Assembly (NCBI GenBank): GCA_963737655.1
Contig: CAVTTN010000002.1
Location: 2,944,001 to 3,008,000 of the forward strand
DNA: 64,000 nt
DNA from: an uncultured Planctomycetota bacterium
GTDB lineage: Bacteria > Planctomycetota > Planctomycetia > Isosphaerales > Isosphaeraceae
Reading direction: 5' to 3'
In this document: positions 56,234-64,000 of the stretch, piece by piece
How the letters are laid out: the number at the start of each line of letters is the position of its first letter
Numbering within the stretch: the stretch's first letter is position 1
Translations under genes and position numbers: made by a program
Notes under the pieces: generated by a model
Told to the model about the DNA's origin: nothing
Databases searched by the model: none
Seen by the model: only the letters and a program-made list of their open reading frames with translations

Positions 56234-59200
56234 GCTGTGTCCCCCGCCCGCTGGCGCAGGTCGGCGATCGAGTAGTTCACGCTGGCCGCGCCCGAGTCGG
56301 GCTCGCGCCCGAACGGGTTCCGAAGGTAGTGCGGGCCGTCGGTCGAGTCGTCGGGCCCCACGAAGACGACGGCGAGGACGAACTTGTCCCCCTGGTTGAT
56401 GACCGCGTAGAGGCTCTCGTTGCGGGTGACCGTGACCGTGGTCGCTCCCCTCACCCGGCCCTTGACCTCGATGTGCCGGGCGTCCGGCTGGACCCCTCCG
56501 GCGGCCGGCGGGTACGACGAGAGGTCCCAACCGCATTTGTCGGCCGAGACGTCGACGACGCGGTGCCCCCTGGCCTGCTCGGCCCGGACGACGGCCCGCA
56601 TGACGAGGGCCTCGATCCGCTTGCGGGCCTCGGCGTCGGCGGCCGACAGGGCGGGTCCCTCCCCGCGGAGCTCGCGGAGCCGCCCGGCCGGCACCACCAG
56701 CGCCCCGCCGACCACCGCCGGCGTGCCGTTCTGGACGTGCCTCATCGCCCCCAGCTCCTTCCTGCGGGCGTCGAGCCGGGCCTGGAGGTCGTTGAGCGTG
56801 CGACCGGCGTTGTCGAGGTTCAGCTGCACGTCCTTGCCGGCCTTCGTGTCCTCGCCGAGCCGGACCCAGCGGTCGGACCAGAAGTTGATCTCCTTGGTCA
56901 GCCGGTCGTGGACGGCGGCGAGCGTCTTCTCGACGTGCTCGACCCGGCGCCCGGAGACCTCCCGGAAGTGGTCCGGGACGAGCTTCGCGGCGGCCAGGGC
57001 GACCGCCTCCCGCTCCAGGTCGGCGCCGATCCACGGGGCGTCGAGCAGGTCGGCCACCAGGGGCCGGCCGGCGGCCGGGAGCGGCTCCAGGTCGAGGTGG
57101 GGCGCCCGGCCGGCGAACGAGGTCGAGCCGTCGGGCTCCACGCGGACGAACTGCATCCGCCGGGACAAAACGGTGTCGTCGCCGGACCGGACCTCGTGGG
57201 TGAGCAGGAGAAGGAGCCAGGGGCGGCCCGAGTCGTCGGCCGGGTCGACGAGGACCGCGCCCCGGCGGAGGAGGTTGGCGTTGGCCTCCAGAATCGTGTC
57301 GGTCACGGCCATCATCAGGGGATGGCCGGGGTGGATGAGCACGGCGCGGGCCGCCCCAGGGCGGTCGGGCGGCTGGAGGGCGTCCTTGGTGAAGGCGACC
57401 CGCTCGTATCGCCGGAGGACCGGCTCTTGCTCGCGGCGGTTGCGGCCGGTGAGTCGGCGGTCGCGTTCGCGGATCGCCGCCGGGACGTGGGTGACCTCGT
57501 ACCGCTCGGCCTCGCGCCGCTGTGCCGAGCCGCCGAGGCTTTCGAACGCCCTGAGGAAGAACGAGCGGACGAAGTAGGGCTGCAAGCGGCGGGCCTCGGC
57601 CCGCTCCATCTCCTCCTTCACGCGGAACAGGCGGTCGCCGCTCATCGTCTCCTGGGCCAGGGCGTTGCGGTTCAGCAGGGCCCGCAGGTGGTCGTGGTCG
57701 AAGGCATGGTCGATCCGGGTCGTCAGGCGGGCGCGGACCTCGGGGCGGTCGCCGTAGCGGATCGCCTCCAGGCGTATCTCCTTGAGGCTCCGGCTCTCGA
57801 AGACGTCGCCCAGGACGTTGAAGACGCGGCCCTTGAAGGCCTCGCACTCGACCTGGATCTTCTCCAGGAGGCGGTGGAAGACCTCGCCCCCGCGGGTCTC
57901 CTTGGCCACGAGATTCCAGAGGTGTCAGACCTCGGTCTGGCCGATCCGGTGGATCCGCCCGAATGGCTGCTCCAGCCGGTTGGGGTTCCTGGGGAGGTCG
58001 TAGTTGACCATCAGGTGGGCACACTGGAGGTTCACGCCCTCGCCGGCGGCGTCGGTGGCGACGAGGACCTTGACGCCCGGGTCGGAGCGGAACAGCGCCT
58101 GGGCCCGCTTTCGCTCGTCGGCCTGGGTGCCGCCGTGGATGGCGACGATGGCCTCCTCGGAGCCGAGGACGCCGGGGATCTTGGCCCGGAGGTAGTTGAG
58201 CGTATCGCGGTGCTCGGTGAAGAGGATGAGCTTCCGGCGGAGGCCGGCCTCGTCGCGCCTCTCCGGGTCGTCCTGGAGGAGCCTGGACAGCTCCTCCCAC
58301 TTGCGGTCCTGGCCCGAGGCGACGACGAGCCGGGCCTGCTGCTCCAGCCCCTGGAGGAGGCCGATCTCGGACTCCAGCTCGGAGATCGTCCGTGCCGCCG
58401 TGGCCCGGTCCACCAGGCCCTCTTCCAGGGCCTCCTGCTCGCCCGCGTTCAGGTCGTCGTCGTCCTCGGGGACGTCGTCGAGGACCTCGGCCAGGGCCCG
58501 GCCCCCCGGTCGCCGAGCCTCTCCTCGCGGAGCCTGTGCGAGAGCCGCTCGCGGCGGCGGCGGAGCGACTGGTAGATGTGGAGGCCAGCCGACGCTGGAG
58601 CGTGGTCAGGGCGAAGCCGACCCAACCGCGGCGCCGGCCGTCGAGCGCGTCGGCCTTGCCCATCTCGGTCCGGACGTAGTTCGTCACCGCCTCGTAAAGA
58701 GCGGCCTCGGCGTCCGAGAGGACGTAGTTGACGGTGTAGGCGCGGCGCTCGGGGAAAAGCGGGGTGCCGTCGAACTTGACCAGCTCCTCCTTCACCATCC
58801 GCCGCATGAGGTCGGAGGCGTCGACCTTGTGGACGCCGTCGCGGAACTTGCCGAAGAAGCGGTCGGAGTCCAGGAGCGAGAGGAAGAGCCGGAAGTCCTC
58901 CTCCTTGCCGTGGTGGGCGTGGCGGTCATCAGAAGGAGGTGGCGGGTGTCCCGGCCGAGCCGCTCGGCGAAGCGATACCGGCCGGTCGTCTCCAGCTTCA
59001 AGCCGTAGAAGTGGGCCGCGAGCTTGTGGGCCTCGTCGAAGACGACGAGGTCCCACCCGGCGGCGCAGAGCTTCGCCTGGAGGTCCTCGTTGCGGGCCAT
59101 GTGGTCGAGCCGGACGATGAGCTGGCGGTGGTCCTCGAACGGGTTGCCGCCTGGGGAGGCCTGCTCCGGGCCCGGGGAATAGCCGCGGAACTCCAGCCCG

Positions 59201-59724
59201 AACTTCTCGAACAGCTCGTCCCGCCACTGCTCGACCAGGCCGCCCGGGGCCACGATCAGGACGCGTCGGGCGTCGGCCCGCAGGACGAGCTCGCGGATGT
59301 AGCGCCCGACCATGATCGTCTTGCCGGCGCCGGGGTCGTCGGCCAGGACGTAGCGGAGGGGCTGGCGGGGGAGCATGGACTCGTAGACGGCCGTGATCTG
59401 GTAGGGCAGCGGCTCGACGTTCGAGGTATGGACGGCCATCATCGGGTCGAAGAGGAAGGCCAGGTCGATCCGCCTGGCCTCGCACGTGAGCTGGAACGCG
59501 GCGCCGTCGCCGTCGAAAGACCACGGGCGCCCCTCGGTCGCCAGGGCGAGCGAGGCCTCGTCGGCCGGGACGAGCATGCGGCCCTTCACGGGCACGTCGG
59601 GCGTCGAGTAGATGACCCGGACGGCCTCGGGGCCGATCGGCAGGACGGCGACGAGCGTGGCGACCACGTCGGGTTCCAGCCTGACGACCGACTGGCCCGG
59701 CTTCAGATCGGCGAGTGCAAGCAT
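56230..59724 (-). pseudogene. SNF2-family helicase with C-terminal DUF3883 (PD-D/ExK-like) domain, degenerate
   Basis: '[12 protein letters not shown]', 'FDEAHK', 'MTATP', '[12 protein letters not shown]', '[21 protein letters not shown]', 'GWDLSS....RHIEVKGR'; several frameshifts and an in-frame TGA at 57925-57927. Confidence 0.88.
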
Positions 59725-60066
59725 GATCGATCCCGGGCCCGAGCCGCCGGAAGGGCGTCGCGCCCCCGGGTCCCCCGTCGACGGCGCGAGGGGCGGCGTT
59801 CGGATCGGGGGATGCTTCGCACACTGGGGACGGCCCGGACAGATCCGACGCCCCCCTCGGGGCCCGATCATCACGGACTCTCCGGCCGGTCGCCCGTCCG
59901 CGACCCGGGCCAACGCGGGGGTACTACGCGGGTACTATCGATCGGCCCGCGGTAACGAAAAAGACCGAGAGGGGACGATCGCGGATGAGAGGTATTGGAG
60001 CGCCGGCCCGTTCGTGATAAAGTCCGAGTGCCCAAGGACATCCAGGCATCTCGTCGGGCGGTGCTG

Positions 60067-60116
60067 GCACGCTTCGGGTCCGTGAAGTCGGAGGTTCAAA
60101 TTCTCTCGCTCCGACT
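60067..60116 (+). repeat. attR: duplicated 3' part of tRNA-Pro
   Basis: gcacgcttcgggtccgtgaagtcggaggttcaaattctctcgctccgact matches tRNA 27798-27847 at 46/50. Confidence 0.92.
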
Positions 60117-60167
60117 ATTTCTCTCACATCCTTGTTTTGTGGCTCGTTTTGGGTCTTACCTGCTTAA

Positions 60168-61486
60168 GGATCGCCAATTTGATAACTTCCCGATTCGCCG
60201 TCCGCATCGTATAACCGTAGCCAGGACAATCATGACCTCGCACCGGACGCCCGGCTATGACCTACAGCCCCGAGATCGAGCATTCCATGCGGATGTTCCA
60301 TACCTCACTCTCGGAGAAGGATCGCAGGCGATATGCGGCGATCGAGGCCGCCAAGCTTGGGCATGGGGGAACGGAGTATATTTCCAACCTCTTGGGCTGC
60401 GACCCAAAGACGATCCGCCAGGGCAAAGAAGACCTGGCTCGACTCCCCGACGGGCTCGACGACCGGATCCGTAAAAAAGGGGCGGGCCGAAGCCGTGCAT
60501 AGGCAACATCCCGCTGCTGGAGGAGAACTTCCTCCGGGTACTCCAGGATCACACGGCGGGCGACCCCATGCGGCGGGAAGTCCGGTGGACCGACTTGACC
60601 TATGAACAAATCGCCGGCCACTTGGCCGAGGCCGGCACGCCGGTCAGCGTGCCGGTGGTCAAGCAACTGCTCAAGAAGCACGGCTACGTGACCCGCAAGG
60701 CCCAGAAAGCCAAGGCGATGGGCGGGCACCCCGATCGCAACCAGCAGTTCGAGAACATCGCCCGGCTGAAGCGGGAATATCTCGGGTCGGGCAATCCCGT
60801 CGTGAGCATGGACACCAAGAAGAAGGAGCTGATCGGCGACTTCTACCGTGCCGGGCACCTCCTGACACGGGAGATCATCAAGGTGTTCGACCATGACTTC
60901 CCCAGCTTCGCCGCGGGCGTGGTCATCCCGCACGGGTTGTACGACGTGAAACACAACGACGGTCATGTGAACCTGGGGACCAGCCACGACACCGGCGAGT
61001 TCGCCTGCGAGAGCATCGAGCGATGGTGGCGGGGGAAGGGTCAGGCCCTCTACCCTGGTGCGACCTCGATCCTCCTGCTGTGCGACGGCGGCGGCAGCAA
61101 CAGCGCCAGCCAATACCTCTTCAAGGAGGACCTGCAGAAGCTGGTGGATCGCCTGGGGATCGAGATCCGAGTGGCCCACTACCCGCCCTACTGCTCGAAG
61201 TACAACCCGATCGAGCATCGACTGTTCCCGCACCTGAGCCGAGCGTGCCAGGGTGTGATCTTCGAGAGCGTGGAGTTGGTGAAGGAGTTGATGGAGAAGG
61301 CGAGTACGAGCACGGGGTTGCGGGTGACGGTGGACATCCTGGACAAGATCTACCAGACGGGGCGGAAGTATGCGGAGGGATTCAAGCAGAACATGAAGAT
61401 CGAGTTCGACGAGATCCTGCCGAAGTGGAATTACAGGGCCGTCCCGAGCGGGGCATGAGCTCGGGAAGTTACCAAATCGACGATCC
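60168..61486 (+). mobile_element. ISAzo13-family insertion sequence
   Basis: imperfect ~26-bp TIRs ggatcgccaatttgataacttcccga / tcgggaagttaccaaatcgacgatcc; TAA on both flanks. Confidence 0.88.
60257..61458 (+). CDS. ISAzo13-family transposase (-1 frameshift at A6G4, 60473-60482)
   Basis: 'SEKDRRRYAA.EA..LG.GG', 'AGDPM..V.WT', 'DRN.QFENI', 'SMDTKKKELIG', 'DHDF', 'CDGGGSN', 'HYPPYCSKYNPIEHRLF', 'KWNY'. Confidence 0.92.
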
Positions 61487-61775
61487 TAAATCGCAAAGTT
61501 GAATTCTTGGTATGATAGCCCAACTCGTCACAAGGTCTTTCGCCGTAATAAGTTGAAGAATTCAAACCCTGTCGCCCGCTTCGGTCAGGCGAACCGGGCC
61601 GGAATTTTTTCTGGACGGTTTGTCGAATTTCGGCCCGGCCGTTCGACTCGATAGTGAACGCTGGGAGCTCGGCCCGCCCGAAGACCGTTGCGGGTGAAGT
61701 CATGCCGCGGTGTTTGGTTGGTGAAGGCGGCATCATGAGCCACCGTGCGGGAAACCTCTGCGGAGGTCTCGGGGA

Positions 61776-62360
61776 ATGGGAAAGCTCGTCTTCGGAATGA
61801 TGCAGTCCCTCGACGGCTACGTCGCCGGCGTCGCGGGCGGGCCTGGATCGGACGGCTACGTCGCTGGCCTCGCGAGCGGCCTGGAATTGCCGCCGCCCGG
61901 TGTTTTGCTCCATCGTCATTTCAACGATCACGTCCGTGGGCTGGCCGGCAGTTTGAGCGGTCGTCGTATGTACGATGTGATGCGTTACTGGGACGAGGAT
62001 CAGCCGGACTGGGACGCGGACGAACACGACTTCGCGGCGTTGTGGCGGGCACTGCCGAAATGGGTCGTTTCCCGATCGCTGAAGTCGGTTGGCCCGAATG
62101 CGACGCTCGTGGCCGGCGACCTCGAGGCGTTCGTGCGCCGGCTGAAGGCGGAAATCGAGGGCGAAATCGACGTCGCCGGGCCCGAACTCGCGGGGTGCCT
62201 CACCGACCTCGGTCTGATCGACGAGTATCGGCTCTACTTCCGCCCGTTTGTGCTCGGCCGAGGCAAGCCGTATTTCGCCGGTGCCAGGCCGCCTCTCCGT
62301 CTGATCGCCGCGGAACCCGTCGGCGAGGATGCGGTCAGGCTGACATACGTCCCTACTTGA
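61776..62360 (+). CDS. dihydrofolate reductase / RibD C-terminal family protein
   Basis: 'MMQSLDGYV', 'GRRMY', 'PKWVVSRSL', 'GP.LA..L...GLIDEYRLY..P.VLG.GKPYF'. Confidence 0.88.
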   Translation: MGKLVFGMMQSLDGYVAGVAGGPGSDGYVAGLASGLELPPPGVLLHRHFNDHVRGLAGSLSGRRMYDVMRYWDEDQPDWDADEHDFAALWRALPKWVVSRSLKSVGPNATLVAGDLEAFVRRLKAEIEGEIDVAGPELAGCLTDLGLIDEYRLYFRPFVLGRGKPYFAGARPPLRLIAAEPVGEDAVRLTYVPT

Positions 62361-62655
62361 TCACTTTCTCCCGCCGGCCCAGTGCGCTCGGCCTCGCCGC
62401 CAATCGGGTGATCCACCTCGACGGTTCTGGAAGAATTGCTCGAACCCTCCGTTTGGTACAGTGATCGCCGCCAGGGACCATTCAGGTCGATTGGCTGTTT
62501 TCGAGTTGCCGCCACGGCCATGATCCCCGGATGCGAGTGCCAGCGACAACAAGAGCCGTCTTGTCGTCCTGGATTTCTCTAAAACCCGCCAGATCCTGGA
62601 CTTAGGATACCTGCCCGCGTCGGGCGGAGCGTTCCAGAACCGCTCGCAATCCCGC

Positions 62656-62782
62656 TAGGGCGGTTCTCGGTCGCATTGCGAACGACGGTTTTCGTAGGGC
62701 AGGCCTCGGCCTGCCGAGACCCGCGCAGACGGCAGGCCGAGGCCTGCCCTACGGGGACGCAATCTAATCGAGAATCGCTCTA
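62656..62782. repeat. MITE-like element with imperfect outer TIRs enclosing a GTAG-REP doublet
   Basis: outer tagggcggttctcg..attgcg / cgcaat..cgagaatcgctcta; inner gtagggcaggcctcggcctgcc / ggcaggccgaggcctgccctac. Confidence 0.75.
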
Positions 62783-63364
62783 TTTACCGGGTAGGGGCGA
62801 CCGGGGACGGGGTGATTGCCCGCGGGTCGCACCGCTCGCGTCGGGGCCCGGGCAAGCCGCCGGACCTCGTTCGCCTCGGCAGGGGCGACCGTGGGACTCG
62901 GTGAGCGGCGAGTGGCCCGTTGGGTCCAGGATCTCCCGATCGGCCTCCGTTGCGCCGTGCCTTCGCGGAGAGGCCGCCCCGGGCTGCGTCGGCGTGGCCT
63001 GGCCGAGCCTTCTCGCGGGGGCGGGGATCGCCTTGCGACATCGACTCGGCTCGTGTAACGTGGGTTGCCGCAAGCGCCTTAGGTCGGCGAAGCACGCTTC
63101 GAAGTGCCGATCGGATCTCAAGATTCCATTTCGAGGAACCGATCCCTGGCTCGCTCGGTGAGCCGGTGAAGATCCGGGCTTCGGCCGGGCCGAAACGTGC
63201 GATCCGAGCGAACAGGCCGCGAAAAGCGCGCGAAGTCCCCGTGAATGCCTTCGCGACGAACACCCGCCTCAGTTTCGGTTCAGGATTCCCCCCCTCCGAT
63301 TCCATCTCCTCGCATTCCTGGGCGGGGACGACCCGCCTCGGCGTGACCCTGGGTTTCCACCGGC

Positions 63365-64000
63365 ATGAGCTCCGTCCACTCCGACCTGAACTTGCTCTTC
63401 GGCGTCCTGGCGCTCCAGATGGAGTTCGTGAGCCGCGACCAACTGGTTTCGGCCATGAACCTCTGGGTGCTCGACAAGGCGAAGTCGCTGGGCCAGATCA
63501 TGAGGGAGCAGGGCGTCCTGGTCGATTCCCGGCTGTCGATGATGGAAACCCTGGTCTCGGAGTACCTCCGCAGCCACGACGACGACCCCGAGCAGTCCCT
63601 GGCCGCGATGGGCGCCTCGGAGACCGTGGTCCAAGCCCTGGCGAGCCTCGGTGATGCCGAGGTCGCGGCCTCGATCGGCCGGCTCGGGCGGAGCCGGGCC
63701 GAGACCGAGCCGGAAGACGGGGCGACGCAGAGCTACCGGTCGGTGATCGACCAACGGCCCTTCGGCCGGTTCCGGCTGCTCCGATTTCACGACCGGGGCG
63801 GGCTGGGCGAGGTCTTCGTGGCGAGGGACGACGAGGTGGGTCGCGAGGTCGCGCTCAAGCAGATCCGCCCGGATCATGCCGACGACCCTCCGGGGCGCTC
63901 CCGGTTCCTCCTGGAGGCGGAGATCACCGGGGGCCTGGAGCATCCCGGGATCGTCCCGGTCTACGGGATCGGCATCCAGGAGGATGGCCGCCCGTTCTAC
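63365..64000 (+). CDS. Ser/Thr protein kinase, N-terminal part (runs off the window; absent from the ORF track)
   Basis: 'MSSVHSDLNLLFGVLALQMEFVSRDQL...', 'RFRLLRFHDRGGLGEVFVARD.EVGREVALKQI', 'RFLLEAEITGGLEHPGIVPVYG'. Confidence 0.9.
   Translation, partial: MSSVHSDLNLLFGVLALQMEFVSRDQLVSAMNLWVLDKAKSLGQIMREQGVLVDSRLSMMETLVSEYLRSHDDDPEQSLAAMGASETVVQALASLGDAEVAASIGRLGRSRAETEPEDGATQSYRSVIDQRPFGRFRLLRFHDRGGLGEVFVARDDEVGREVALKQIRPDHADDPPGRSRFLLEAEITGGLEHPGIVPVYGIGIQEDGRPFY

Noticed and set aside
60067..60116. Second tRNA-Pro gene
   Set aside because: Only the anticodon-to-acceptor 3' portion is present; the 5' acceptor strand and D-arm are missing, so it is an att site.
61490..61770. Riboswitch or ncRNA upstream of the RibD-family gene
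   Set aside because: There is a hairpin and a T-run, but no riboswitch consensus I can recognise. An Rfam search would be needed.

Overview
Very GC-rich bacterial DNA, most likely a planctomycete (Isosphaeraceae-like). This is inferred from the ECF-sigma/Ser-Thr kinase pair, the 'E-x-LE-x-R-x-LL' export motif, a PEP-CTERM protein and a DUF1570-like protein. Bases 1-27.8 kb are core chromosome: moxR, lgt-panD-panC, a four-gene phosphorelay, an MFS transporter, a Wza-like protein, nagB-like, lpxD-lpxI, tsaD, an S41 protease, a uronate-isomerase-like gene, coaB-like, an acyltransferase and tRNA-Pro(CGG). This region is peppered with several families of REP/MITE-like palindromes. Bases ~27.85-60.1 kb are a ~32 kb genomic island in tRNA-Pro, bounded by a 50-bp direct repeat of the tRNA 3' end (4 mismatches), with candidate GGTACTAY integrase arm sites and a dead integrase. 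Its main cargo is a co-oriented module: ECF sigma, membrane Ser/Thr kinase-TPR, a ~19.7 kb giant secreted repeat protein (~6,500 aa if three frameshifts are joined) and a PEP-CTERM protein. The island also holds a decayed SNF2-DUF3883/DUF1156 restriction-like operon cut by an IS5 element. After attR come an ISAzo13 element, a RibD/DHFR-family gene and the start of another Ser/Thr kinase. Many single-base frameshifts, also in housekeeping genes, look like long-read indel errors. All family assignments come from motif recognition by eye, not database searches.
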